From positions 4,838,001 through 4,902,000 of the forward strand of contig CM052816.1 of NCBI GenBank assembly GCA_028534125.1: a DNA stretch of 64,000 nt, in the 5' to 3' direction. This stretch comes from Lama glama. Taxonomy: Eukaryota. The position numbers were made by a program, and so were the translations under genes. Under the pieces are notes generated by a model, which was not told the DNA's origin, searched no databases, and worked only from the letters and a program-made list of their open reading frames with translations. The first letter of the stretch is position 1; each line of letters starts with the position of its first letter. Below are positions 37,569-50,763 of the stretch, piece after piece.

Positions 37569-38189
37569 CGATACCGAGCAGGCCCATGCAGGGGGCCTTC
37601 CCAGTGACAGACCTGGCGAAAAGCAGCTATGGAAACACACTGTGACCTAGACCCTCCATATGGAACAAATTACAGGTCCCAGCAGCTAATATTTGGGGAA
37701 GTAAAGAATGGAGAAACAAAGATAGGATGGCTAGGCAGGAGAGTAGCCATAACTTACACAATAAATCAGCCACAAAGACCCCTGGTTCTGTTTAAAGGTT
37801 AAGATGAGTCTGACATGCATTCCTAAATTGTTATGCAGATATTAAATCCCCCACCAGGTGGAGGAAGCTGACTGCATGTTGACCACCAGCACATAGGCCC
37901 CAGAGTTGATGAGGCTGACTCCTGAAATATCACCCTGTTACCTCACCACCAACCAATCAGAAGGACGTCCATGAGTTAAGTGCTCACCCTGAGACCCCCC
38001 ACCCCCACATTGCCTTTAAAAGCCCTTCCCCAAAAGACACTGAGGAGTTCAGGTCTTTTGTGCATTAGCGACCTGTACTCCTTGCTTGGTGCCTGCAATA
38101 AACACTACTTTCCTTCACCACAACCCTGTGTCAGCAGATTGGCTTTGCTGGGCATCAGGCAAGCAGACCCAAGCTTGGTTCAGTTAACA
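37569..38189 (+). mobile_element. ERV1-class solo LTR (MER41-like, as in laurasiatherians)
   Basis: Begins (c)gataccgagcaggccc, ends cccaagcttggttcagttaaca; 4-bp TSD ctat/ccat; CCAAT 37953, TTTAAAA 38015 and AATAAA 38097 in U3-R order. Confidence 0.8.
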
Positions 38190-38224
38190 CCATGATGCCT
38201 TGAACCAAGGGGCAAGTCGCTCCC

Positions 38225-38415
38225 AAAATGGATGACGTGGTTTTCCCAGCTTTAACACACATTGCCAGGAGGGTTTGTTGAAACAGCGTGCTGGACTCCA
38301 TTCCTCAGAGTACCAACTCTGTAGGCTGCGGTTCAGGCCATTCATTTGCATTTCTAACAAGTTCCCAGCTAATGATGATGAAGTTTGTGGGAGATCATTC
38401 TCTGAGAACCACTGG
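38225..38415. mobile_element. MER5A-like hAT transposon
   Basis: catttgcatttctaacaagttcccagctaatgatgatg...tctgagaaccactg. Confidence 0.8.
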
Positions 38416-39710
38416 AATAGGGGAAAACAGCTCAATAGGAAGAGCCACGAGAAACTTTAAATTAAAACAGATTTTTGCATATGTAACTCATTTTCCTTCA
38501 GGGTAAGCTTACAGATATCTCATGGGAAAGAGTACAGTGATCTTTGGCACGCCTTGCTCTGAATGAGAGTCTTATATTTATTAGCACTCATTATTCTTAC
38601 TAAAATAGAAAACGTGACATGATTAGTGCCTAGGAAATTTCTCCCAAATCCCCGTAAGTACCATCCAATATAAGCCACCTGAGTAGGACCAGGGACTCAT
38701 TAGTCCTGCAAATTCTGCATACACATTTCCTCCCACCCATGCTCAGAGGATGAAGACCATGCCCCAGCTCACTCTCATCTCTCCTGTGGACTGGCTCCTC
38801 CTTCCACAGAATCTACAGGGCTAGGTAGCCGCTGAACTAGACATCTGCCAGCTCACAAGTCCCTCCTCTAGAAAATTCCCCCGGTCCATGAGAGGGGATG
38901 GGAGCCATGTGACCTGCTCCCTACTATTTCTGATTAAACCAGGAATGAACAGACCTGACCCAAGATCAGAGAATCAGATTCACCCCTCAGAATTTGAAAC
39001 TGGGAATCAGACATTCGGTCAGCATCTGAAACTGGCTAGACTGATAAGTATGAGGTGGGCAGAATTCACCAGATGGCCTGAGGAGCAGAAGAAACTAAAC
39101 TATAGAGAAAAAAAGGAGAAAGTGTGCATAGGTCAAGGGAAATGATAAATGTGTCCCCATGGCATTCCAGACCCCAGCCTGTATCTCTTCCTAAGGCCTT
39201 CCTGGGGCCTTCCTTGTCCCCACCTTTGGGTTCCACGTGATCTTTAATATCCTCATCATTGTCTTCCTTTTACCACTTAAACCAGCTCCAGTTAGCATCA
39301 CTCATTTATTGAGTCATCAGCTGGGTGATGTCCGTGGTGCTGGAGAAATGGTGGCAAATGCTACAGACCCATTTCTGATCCCATGGAGCTTACCTGTAGC
39401 CAGCTCTGTTATTTGCAACTCAGGATGCCTAGCGCACCCCTACATTTTCCACAATATAGAGAAATGCACTCACAGAAAGAAAAGTTTTAGAAAAAATATA
39501 CAATCTATCAAGCATCTACTATGTGCCAGACACCCTAATAAGGGCTTTTTGCGCACCTTCTCTGACAACAACACTATGAAACAGGAACCATTATCATCTC
39601 CATTGGCTCAAGGACACACAAGATTCACACTTGGATGCTCTGAGTCTTCAGAGCTGTGACGAGACAAGAGAGAAAGAAAGATCCAGGACATAAGCAGATA
39701 TGGAGAGAAG

Positions 39711-39715
39711 ACACA

Positions 39716-39752
<37 letters not shown>
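39711..39752. repeat. (CA)n microsatellite
   Basis: Directly visible, one T interruption. Confidence 0.98.
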
Positions 39753-39754
<2 letters not shown>

Positions 39755-41230
39755 CCATTTACCCTCACACATACACTCGTGCACAACAGAATTCAGGCCA
39801 GCTCTCTCAGCACAGACAGAGGCGCCCTCTTGTTCTTTGTCAGGTGCAGGCCTCTTGCTTCATCTCCATTCTATAAGAGGACAAAAATCAACCCCTCCCT
39901 CTTCAGAAATAACCTTGAGGAGCAACTAAGCTCAGTAATACTTTAATTGAACAAGTACCTTCCAAATGTAGCCTCCTGAGAACAGCAGGGATGCACTTCC
40001 ACTTGCCTTTCAGAAAATGTACCCTCCCTGCATTGCATATGAATGCTCTTAGGGAAATGCCAGAAAATCACTTTAAATGCTTTCCACCAGCGGGTCAGCA
40101 CTTATCCACTGGACACCTCTCCAGGAGCCCCATTCAGGTTCCCTTTCAGTTCCATCCCAGTCTGCTCCCCGCCAGGCCCAGGAGAGCAGGTAGCAGCTCT
40201 GATTTAGGTGCACAGAGATGTGAACAGTCCCTGCCCTCAGCCCTTCCCTCTCAGGGTGGGCGAGCAAAGCACCTGAAAGCTGGCTGAGGCTTCGAGCCTG
40301 CAGAGTCTGGGAAGGACACAGAATTCTAAGAGGAAGGGGACATTCCAGAAAGAGAGAGTGGGGAAACAGGCTACAGAGACCCCCTGTATGCACCTCATCT
40401 TCCTCATCTGTAAAGCCAGGATTCTCAAATCTGCCCCACCTTGAAGCACAGACCAGTTATCGAGCACAGTCACTGTGCTCAACACATTTGCACATTATTT
40501 TAAAGAACGCTAGTAGGTAGAGATGACTGTCCCCATTTTATAAGTGACAACACTGAGGTTCCAAAAGATAAAGCTGGGTTCCCATAGCTAGTCCTGATTC
40601 ACAAAACTAGCAAATGGCAGAACTGTCACTTTCCAAATTCCATGCTCTCGGTCACCAGCTGGTTTCCCTTGACCTGCATTTGGGAGGACAGAACTGACAG
40701 GGAGGAGAGAGGGCAGAGCCACCAGGACGTCTTCATAAGTTGTTAGCAGTCAGGATGACCTAGCTGGGACTTTGATATGTCACCTCCCGCCCCACCACCA
40801 CCATCACCCCTTTTGAATTATCTCCTAACTCAGATGCAGACTTTTTAGGACCATTTTCAGGATCCTAAGACAGGAGGCTTAACCCTAGAAGGCCTCAGCT
40901 GCCACCCAGTTCAGCAAGTCTGCAGAGCTCTGAAACAAATATGCTGACAAATCCATATTCTGTCATAGCTAGAAATTTTAAAAACAGAAATCTAAGATGT
41001 GCTGAGGAAACTGGGAACTGGGAGGTGGTATCAGAGTTTAGGCTTCAGATTCTTCTCTAAAGAACAACAGGAAATGTCTGCCTTAAAGCCCCATAGAGCG
41101 AAACTTTATGATAAATTTGGGGAAACCTTTTTGAAATGCTTTCTGTCTCCCCATCCTCTCTGCTGGTAAGAATTACTCACATGTTTCACTTAGTATTTTC
41201 TGTTTTGCCCTCACACAAGCTTCAGGGTAA

Positions 41231-41233
<3 letters not shown>

Positions 41234-41267
<34 letters not shown>
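41234..41267. repeat. (CT)n microsatellite
   Basis: Directly visible. Confidence 0.98.
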
Positions 41268-41271
<4 letters not shown>

Positions 41272-41816
41272 GTCCTTCTTGAATTCTCAAGGTTCCAGCA
41301 AAAGAAAACAAAAACAAAAACAAAAAACCAAATATGCAGTCCTCTATGGAAAAAGAAAAAACAAAACCTCACAGACACATGTCTCAGAAACAGAATGATA
41401 TACTTTTATCTTACATTAGAATTAGATCAGGTATGTTTCCAGTTACAGGAGAGAACCACCAATATCTCAGAGCTAACTGTAACTCTGATATCAGCTGGGG
41501 TCTCTGTGTCCTTGTCATCCAGAGAAAATAAAATGTAAGTTCTGTTAGGGGCAGGCTTTTGTGCCTTTTTTTTTCCCACTGCTGTATCCCAAGTGCCTAG
41601 AATAGAGGATAACACATTGTAGGTATTCAGTAAACATTTTTTAAACTCTTTCAGGCTCCATCCAGACCTATGAATCAGAAACGCTGGGAATGGGACCCAG
41701 CAATGTGTTAGAACAAGCCTTCCATGTGATCCTAATGTTCGCTCAAGCTTAAAAACCACTGACCTAGGACATAGTTCTGTGCTACTCAGTATGGCAGCCA
41801 CTACACACATATGGCT

Positions 41817-42042
41817 ATTTTTATTGATATAACTGACATACAACATTATATTAGTTTCAGGTGTACAACATAATGATTGTATATACTGCATATATATAGA
41901 CTGCAAAATCATCACAAGTTTAGTTAGCATGCATTAGCATGCACAGTAACAAAAAAATTTTTTTTTCTGATGAAAACTTTTAAGATCTACTCTCTTAGCA
42001 ACTTTTAAATATACAATTCAGTGTTACCTATAGTCACCATTA
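41817..42042 (-). mobile_element. L1MA-type 3' terminus
   Basis: ttattgatataactgacatacaacattatattagtttcaggtgtacaacataatgat...aagatctactctcttagcaactttt. Confidence 0.85.
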
Positions 42043-42112
42043 AAATATTTTTAATAAAGACACAAAACTGCCTCAACACACACAGCACACACATACATAC
42101 ACACATACCCTC

Positions 42113-42693
42113 AGGGGTAGGCAGACTTACAAGATGGCTCCCAGTACTTCCCCCTTCCTCGTATTCCTGCCCTGGTACATTACCCCACTCCCTGAGTGTG
42201 GACTATGCCTAGTGGCTTGCTTCTAACCAAAAGAATATGGCAAAGATGATGGGATGTCATTTCCACTATTAGATGTCACGTCCACGATTAGGTTAGAAAA
42301 GATGGTGATTTCTGGCTTACCAGCAAACTCTCTCTCTGGTTAGCTTTGATGAAGCAAGCCGCCATGCTGAAGCCCACATGGCAAGGAAATGTGGAAAACC
42401 TTCCGCTGATAGCCAGTGAGGAAATGCGGTCCCTCAGTCCAACAGTCCTCAGGGAAGTGAATTTTGTCAACAATCACATAAGTGAGTTTGGAAGCCTGTC
42501 TTTCCTCAATTAAGCCTTCAGATGGTACCCTAACAATGGCTGACACCTTGGTTATAACCTGGTAAGAGACCTTGAAGCTGTACACCCAGTAAAGCTATGC
42601 CTCGATTCCTAACCCACAGAAATGCAAGATAGTAAATGTTTCTTGCTTTAAGTTTTAAAGCAATTTGTTACACAGCAACAGGAAACTAACATA
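42113..42693 (+). mobile_element. MLT1E/F-type MaLR solo LTR
   Basis: aagatggctcccag...gcttctaaccaaaagaatatggcaaagatgatgggatgtca...ttgttacacagcaacaggaaactaacata. Confidence 0.85.
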
Positions 42694-42964
42694 CCCTCAC
42701 AGTGTGGAAATCCAAAACCTTCCCCAAAACTTTTGTGAATCGCAGACTGCTTATATTCTCATGTTCCCCTGGGATCTGAACTCAAAGTTTGGTTTGATTT
42801 ATGAACCATCTCACTGTTCCACCTACACTACCCCTACTCAAGCCATGAATCTCAGTCTCTTTATTTCCAAGTTCTCAGAGAACAAGCATACTAGGCTAAC
42901 CAAAAAGTTTAAAAGGAAAAAATTAGGAATGAAATGTCCCTAGTTGGCTTTCAAAAGCTGTGAA

Positions 42965-44170
42965 ATACTACTGCAGATCTAGAAAGCCACACATACTCAA
43001 GAGTTGTGTGCATGCTGAGAAGACCTGAAAAGATCCTAAGTTCTCACCTCTGGCTAACATTGAGGCTCTAATCAAGTAGGAAGTTAAGGATAAGGAAAGT
43101 TGTAAACTGCTTGGCCCAGCATTGAACATGTGCCCCAACACAAACAAAGAGCCCCTCAGCAAAGCCTGGGAGACGTACTGGTCCCAGACGTTTAACGAAA
43201 TCTCTATCCAATCATTCCCCAAAATGGAAATTAAAATTGTACTTTAGAAATTTCTATACTTAACACAAAAGAAGGCAATAATAGAGGAACAGAGAAAAAA
43301 TATATAAGCTATATAGGAACCAGATGGTAAAGTTGCAGGCATAAATTCCACCTTCTTGTTGACTATATTAAATTAGATTAAACACTCCAATTAAAAGGTA
43401 GACACTGACAAAATGGATTTTTCTAATGATTCAACTATACGCTTTCTATAAGAGATACAGTTCAGATTCAAAAACACAAATAGGTTCAAAGTAAAAGGAT
43501 TGAAAAAGATATACCAAACAGGAATCAAAGGAGAGCTGGAATGCCTATACTAATATCAGACAAAATAGACCTTAAGACAAAAATTGTTACTAGAGACAAA
43601 AGACATTTTATAATTTCTAAGTAAATCAATCAAGAAGATATAACAATTATTAAAATGTATACATCTAATGATAGAATCCCAAAATACAGAAAAAAACAAT
43701 ACAATTGAAGAGAGAAATAAACAATTCAAAAGATACTTAGCAGACACATCAACCAAATGCAATGCATGTACCTCGTTTGGGTCCTGATTCAGACAAATCA
43801 TAAACATATAAATACACACACATACACACATGCAAGAAAATCAGGGAAATGTGAACAATGACTAGATATTTAATGACATTAAGGAATTCTTGTTAATTTT
43901 TAGGTGTGATAAAGGTATTGTAGTTATGCTAAAAAGAAAGACTACTTTTCTTTTAGAGGCATATTCTGAATTTTTTTTAAATAACCTTATATGATGTTTG
44001 CAATTTGCTTCAACAAATCTGAAGGGAGGAAGTGAAAGACGAGAACTAGATCAAACAACATTTGTCCTGAATGGATAATTAATGCTGCTGGGTGGTAAGT
44101 CCATGGCAGTCCATTTTGTTATTCTTTCTTCTTATGTACATATTCAAAATTTTCCATAATAAAAGGCTAA
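42965..44170 (+). mobile_element. Fragmented ancient L1M (5' piece, endonuclease piece, L1MC-like 3' end)
   Basis: aacactccaattaaaaggtagacactg...taatatcagacaaaatagaccttaagacaaaa (endonuclease region); atcaaccaaatgcaatgcatg...aaaatttttccataataaaa (3' end). Confidence 0.75.
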
Positions 44171-45403
44171 AACAGGTAGAACAAAGCTACCTGGCTGCTA
44201 ACTCCGAGAAGCACTAGAACCAAAAAGATTAATATTTGTCCATCCACTCAAAAAAATTTTGTTGAGCATTTACTTATGAGCAAGTCAAGGCAATAAATAT
44301 ATTCTCAAATAGGCACAGATAAAAATAATTATGAACAGAGTGGAAGATATCATAAAAGAGGCCCAAATGCAGGGTTATAAGGAGTTAGTGAGGAAGAGAT
44401 GATTACTTATGGGGGACAAGGGCAAGCCTGAAATCACAGAACAGTCATGCAGGAAGTGTCTTCATTGTAACTATCTTATTTACATCTGAAAAATCTGAAC
44501 TCCAGAGAAAGGACATCAATTTCCTCACAGCACATTCTAACAGCAACATTCTAACAGAGCTGAGATTTATTTTGTTCTGTAGCTAACATTCACTGAAAGC
44601 TTATTATGTCCTGGCACCTTGCTCAGAATTTCACACATGCTATTTCATTTAATCCTCACAATGTATTCCATTATTGTCCCATTTTACAAAGGAGAAAACA
44701 GAGGCTCAGAGAGGTTAAGTGACTCACCCAAGTTGACACACCCAAGAAGTGGCAGAGCTGGGGTCTCAAACCTAGAAAGTTTGTCTCCAGAGCCTTCTCT
44801 CTTCTCACCATACTGGGATTTAACCCAGAGTTCTTTCCACCACTCTGCTGGGTTCGGCTGTAATAGGACAGAGAGAGAGAACGACAGATGTTTCAGGCAG
44901 AGGGAATGGAGGAGATTCAACTGACACTAATACTTTGTCCTACAGGGCCTTCTATGACTGACGAATGAGCACCTCAAGAGAACCCTGTTGCATTAATAAT
45001 TCTATGTCACTAAAAAATGGCTGCATTTCATAAATGCACAGAATTTGCCTACTGTAACCATTTTCTGTACAGTGCTCTCTGACACCTTGCTCTGTTCTTC
45101 TGCACTTGAAAAACAAAGCCCGGTTATCTCAGCCCTGCTGAGGGCTGGCGAGCCTCCTCGGCAATCCTTCCCTACTCCCAGTTGCACTGCAGTGTGGCAG
45201 GCTCCAGGAAGCGAGCCCTCACACACCACCTAGCTCTTTCCTCCTCCTAGAGGGACACCATGGGAAGGTAGGCTCTCATCCCTAGCCTCAGCACTGCTTA
45301 CCAGCCGATCTTGAGGAAGTCACTCAACTGGGACCTCAGGATCCCCATCCCTTTCACATAAAAGGGGTTAAACCACATGAGCTTTCAAAAGGCACATTCT
45401 TCT

Positions 45404-45850
45404 ACAAAAATACTGAATCACTATCTTATACACCTAAAAATAATATAATGTAGTACCTTATGATATCACTCATATGTGGAATCTAAACTAAAAAAAGGAA
45501 AAAACAAAAGGACACTACGAACTCAGCTGCAAAACAGACTCATAAATAATCTTATAGTTCCCGGGGAAAGGGGGTGGGAAGAGATAAATTTGGGAGTTTG
45601 AGATTTACAAATGTTAGCCACTATATATAAAAATAGATTTAAAAAAAAAGTTTCTTCTGTACAGCACAAGGAACTATGTTCAATATCTTGTAATAATCTT
45701 TAATGAAAAAATATGAAAATGAATATATGTATGTATATGCATGACTAGGATACTGTGCTGTACACCAGAAATTGACACACTGCAATTGACTGTACTTCAA
45801 CTTAAAAATAATAATAATATAATACTGTAAATCAATTCTTCAATTTTTTA
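45404..45850 (+). mobile_element. Camelid L1 3' UTR (about 45450-45812) nested inside a short older L1 3' terminus
   Basis: Outer TSD aaaaggcacattc(t/c)tct at 45387-45403 and 45851-45867; inner TSD aataatataat at 45439-45449 and 45813-45823. Confidence 0.85.
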
Positions 45851-47864
45851 AAAAGGCACATTCCTCTGACAAGGCAGAGCTACATGAAATCAGGGAGTGA
45901 GAGACACTTTTAAAAATTCTCTAATAACAGAAACAAGAAAATTTTATAAATCAAATATAAAGTAGAGAATTAAATATATCTATAAAACACATATAATAAA
46001 ATAAATACATAGTATGCTTATTCACTATACAGTGTTACGGTGCAGCAGTATTTTATGCCACTGTTGGACTCAATGTCAGACAGACTGGGGTTTGTAGCCC
46101 AGCTTTGCCAACCACTGAATATGTTACCTTATTGATTAGAATAATAATAGTTAATAGTCATTGAATATTGCCTATATGTCACAAACTCAACACTCTACAG
46201 TTCCCTCTGGGGAAAATCATTTAGGCCTCAGTTACCACATCTATAATAAAAACAAATGGAAACACACCATAATACAGTAGCAGTAACATCGCAGATTGTC
46301 AACACTCTAAAATCATATTATGTGATTCTGAACAAAGTGTAAGCTTGTTTGAACAGTTCGATCATCAACCAGGCAGATGCAATGTTAGCCACCTACTGTG
46401 AAAAAAAGTCTACTCAAATGTTTGTCTTTACTCTTTCTTGAAAACTACTATATTAAAATGTCATCTTACATCTTTTGTGTTGTTCATTCCAACAGCAATA
46501 ATAGTAATAAATTTATTATCTCCTTACCTTTCCCATTATTATTCCAAAATAAATTCTAGTAAATTTAGGTAGCTCGTCATGAGAAGCCACAAAGAGCAAA
46601 TGAGAAAAAATAAAAACATCTCTGAGAGAGGTATGTCCTATGGCAAAGCTAGAGCCAAAACTGAAGAATTTAAAACCACGTGTATCACAATTAGACACTC
46701 AGTGGCTCGTACGAGGCACTCAGGTATTGAGACTATTTCCATCACCATATGGCTATGCTCTCTCAACAGATTTTATTATTTTTAGTGATGCAACTACAGA
46801 ATCAGAAGAGTGCTTAGAGGTGAACCAGTTGAATGCTCTTCCAGTTCCAATCCCTACACGCAGGAGAGAAAAATGAGTGTGCAAAAAAAAAATCAGGCAG
46901 CCAGTCAACTATTAGCTGCTGTATACTTACTAATAATAAGTACACATAATATTTGCCAGCCTCTCTCCAGGTTCTTGGGATACCTCATGAACAAAAGAAC
47001 CCTAAAGAAAACCCCTGCCCTCATGACACACATTGTGGCGGGGAGAAGTGACTGTCCAGACAACTCCTCAGGCCAGGGGCAGAACTAGACCTTTTCATCC
47101 AGGGACCAGACACCTTGGTTCACCTCAAAATCTGAATCATACTAATGGATAGGTTTATTCTTCCCACACTTTGCTCAACAGGCCTTCAAAGCTTTCCTTC
47201 AATTCCATCTCTTTGGCAGAGAGATATATTTCTGATTGCCAGATCAGTCTGGATTGACTGTAGTATGATTTAGTTTCTCGAGTGAAACTAGACAACACAA
47301 TGTCATGGACTATAGTACTTATGTCTTATAATGTGTGTAATGGTGAAAAGTTCACAGTGTTTTGGAATCACTTGGGAGTTGGGTATCCATGCTTGATACT
47401 TCGTAGTGCGCTGCTTTCATTGTAGTATTTCTTATGTTATATTTTGTAAGCACTTATTTTCTGTGTCCCTCTCTAAACTGTAAGCTCCATGATGAGGCAG
47501 GGGCGTTTGTGTGCCCATTAGGTCAGTATCTAGCCCTGAGCCCAACACAGGATTGGCACTTGATCCATGCTTATAGGTAGAATGAATGAATGATGTATAT
47601 TCTCTCTGAAATTTCTCAATGGCCCTTTGAAGTGGGTATAGATTACTGATACATTTTACTGGTCTGAGAACTGAGACTCAGAAAGTCCAGGTCACATCTC
47701 CAAAGTCACATAGATGGTCATAATAAAACCTGACCTTCTGACAATTATTCTAGTGACTTTATGTTTCTTGCAGACTGGAACCACATTTTTTCCATGTCTG
47801 AGCCCTTTACAGAATTGGTCTAAGTGTGTGGACCCTAAGGAGGCATAGTAAATCTAATTATTAA

Positions 47865-48077
47865 AAATTATTATTGACAAAATAGACTTTAAGTCAAAAA
47901 CTGTCATAAGAGAAAAAGGATATCATACAGTGATAAAAGTATCAATACATCAGGAAGATACAAAAATTATACACACCCAACATCAGAGCACCTAAATATA
48001 TAAAGGAAACATTGACAAAACTGAAGGGTGAAATAGACAGCAATACAATAATAGTAGGGAACTACAACACTCCACTT
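47865..48077 (+). mobile_element. L1 ORF2 endonuclease fragment (host element, left part)
   Basis: gacaaaatagactttaagtcaaaaactgtcataagaga...gaagggtgaaatagacagcaatacaataatagtagggaactacaacactccactt. Confidence 0.9.
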
Positions 48078-49321
48078 TATTTTTTTTAATTTTTTTTAAT
48101 TGAAGTACAGTCAGTTACAATGTGTCAGTTTCTGGTGCACAGCACAATGTCCCAGTCATGCATATACATACATATATTTGTTTTCATATTCTTTTCCATT
48201 AAAGGTTATTACAAGATATTGAAAATAGTTCCCTGTGCTATACAGAAGAAACTTTTACTTTAAATCTATTTTTATATATAGTGGCTAACGTTTGTAAATC
48301 TCAAACTCCCAAATTTATACCTTCCCACCCTCTTTCCCTGGTACCATAAGACTGTTTCTTATGTCTGCGAGTCTGTTTCTGTTTTGTAGATGAGTTCATG
48401 GTATCCTTTTTCTTTTCTTTTTTTTTTCTTTTAAGATTCCACATATGAGTGATATCATATGGTCGTTTTCTTTCTCTTTCTGGCTTACTTCACTTAGAAT
48501 GACAATCTCCAGGTCCCTCCATGTTGCAGCAAATGGCATTATTTTACTCTTTTTTATCACTGAGTAGTAGTCCATTGTATAAATACATCACAACTTCCTT
48601 ATCCAGTCATCTGTCCATGGACATTTAGGTTGCTTCTATGTCTTGGCTATTGTATACAGTGTTGCTATGAACATTGGGATGCATATATCTTTTCAAATTA
48701 GAGTTCCCTCTGGAAATATGCCCAAGAGTGGGATTGCTGGATCATATGGTAAGTCTATTTTTAGTTTTTTGAGGAATCTCCATACTATTTTCCATAATGG
48801 CTGCACCAAACTACATTCCCATCAACAGTGTAGGAGGGTTCCTTTTTCTCCACACCCTCTCCAGCATTTACCGTTTGTAGACTTTTTAATGATGGCCCTT
48901 CTGACTGGTGTGAGGTGATACCTCATTGTAGTTTTGATTTGCATTTCTCTGATAATTAGTGTTATTGAGCATTTTTTTCATGTGCCTATTGGCCCTTTGT
49001 ATGTCTTCATTGGAGAATTGCTTGTTTATGTCTTCTGCCGATTTTTGGATTGGGTTGTTTGTTCTTCTGTTATTAAGTTGTATGAGCTGCTTATATATTC
49101 TGAAAATTAAGCCTTTGTCAGTCGCATCATTTGCAAATATTTTCTCCCATTCCATAGGTTGTCTTTTTGTTTTGCTTATGGTTTCCTCTGCTGTGCAAAA
49201 GCTTGTAAGTTTAGTTAGGTCCCATTTGTTAATTTTTGCTTTTATTTCTATTGCCTGGGTAGACTGCCCTAGAAGAACATTGCTAAGATTTATGTCAGAG
49301 AATGTTTTGCCTATCTTTTCT
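48078..49321 (-). mobile_element. Camelid-type L1, 5'-truncated (ORF2 C-terminus plus 3' UTR)
   Basis: Peptide IGKTFSDINLSNVLLGQSTQAIEIKAKINKWDLTKLTSFCTAEETISKTKRQPMEWEKIFAN; poly(T) at 48078. Confidence 0.95.
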
Positions 49322-49413
49322 TTATGTGTTTGTATATGTATGACTGAAACATTATGTTGTACACCAGAAATTGACACAACATTGTAATGTGACTATACTT
49401 CAACTAAAAAAAA
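49322..49413 (+). mobile_element. Camelid-type L1 extreme 3' end
   Basis: gtatatgtatgactgaaacattatgttgtacaccagaaattgacacaacattgtaatgtgactatacttcaactaaaaaaaa. Confidence 0.85.
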
Positions 49414-50763
49414 CCCATATACACTGGCATAATGAGAAACATATAGACCAATGGAACAGAACAGAGAACCCATAAATAAATCTACACATGTGCAAATTAT
49501 CTTCGACAGGGTGCCAGGAATATACAATTTGGAATGGACTGTTTCTTCACAAAGGAATTGGATCTGTATTCTACATCATAAACAAAAATCTACTCAATAT
49601 ACTAAAGACTTAAACATAACACCTGAAACTGAAACTCCTAGAAGAAAACAGAGGAGAAAAGTTTCATGACACTGGTCTTGAAAATAATTAAATGGATATG
49701 ACACCAAAAGTACAGGCAACAAAAGTGAAAATAGACTAAAAAAGATGAGGCTAAAAGTCTTCTGCATACAAAGGAAACAATCAACAGAGTAAAAAAGGCA
49801 AAGTATGGCATGGGAGAAAATTCTACAAGTTTTTTATGTAATAAGGAGTCAATGTTCCAAATATATATGGAACTCCTACAACTTAATAGTAAAATTTTTT
49901 TAAAAAACTAATAATCCTATTTAAAAGTAGGCTAAGGACTTGAATAAACATTTCTCCAAAGAAAAACATACAAATGGCCAACAAGTCTATGAAAAAATAC
50001 TCAATGCCACTAATCATCAGGGAATGCAAATTAAAGCCACCATAAGGTATCATCTCACACCTGTTAGGACGATTATTAAAAAAATACAAAAGACAAAAAG
50101 TGGTGAGGATGTGGAGAAACTGGAACCCTTGTACACTATTGGTCAGAATGCAAAAATGGTGCCGCCATTATGGAAAATACTATGGTGTTTCTTCAAAAAA
50201 TTAAAAACAGAACTACCATATGATCCAGCAATTCCACTTTTGGATATTTATCCAAGTGAATTGAAATCATGTTCTCGAAGAAATATTAGCACTCCCATGT
50301 TCACTGCAGCACTATTCACAACAGTCAAGATGCAGAAAATGTCCACTGACAGATGAATGGATAAAGAAGATAAGCTATAAACATACATGGAATAGTATTA
50401 AGCCTTAAAAAGAAAGTTCTGGCTCATGCTATAACATGGATGAAACTTGAAGACATTATACTAAGTGAAATAAACCAGTTACAAAAAGACAAATACTGTA
50501 TGATTCCATTTATATGAGGTATGTAAAGTAGTCAAATTCATAAAACCAGTGAGTAGAGTGGTCGTTGCCAGGGACTGGGAAGAGGGGGAAATGGGGAGTT
50601 ACTAATTACCAGGCATAAAGTTTTAGTCAAGCAAGATGAGTAAATTCTAGAAGTCACTGTACAACTCTGTACCTGTAGTCAACAGTACTGTGTTGTACAC
50701 TTTAAAAATTGTTAAGAGGTTAGATAGATCTCATGTTAAGTGTTCTTACAATAAAATTTTAAA
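49414..50763 (+). mobile_element. L1MA/MB-type ORF2 C-terminus plus 3' UTR (host element, right part)
   Basis: catatagaccaatggaacagaacagag (HIDQWNR); peptide [17 protein letters not shown]...[15 protein letters not shown]; 3' end gatctcatgttaagtgttcttacaataaaa. Confidence 0.92.

Noticed and set aside
37569..38189. Interferon-responsive STAT1 GAS sites, as known for some MER41 LTRs
   Set aside because: I found no exact TTCNNNGAA in this LTR, only mismatched TTTGGGGAA and TTCCCCAAA.
46786..46876. Plus-strand terminal-exon-like segment (ttttag|...DATTESEECLEVNQLNALPVPIPTRRREK*)
   Set aside because: No recognisable homology, no partner exons, and opposite to the inferred transcription direction.
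48886..50356. ORFs of 138-163 aa resembling real proteins
   Set aside because: Fragments of L1 ORF2 with frameshifts and stops; no intact L1.
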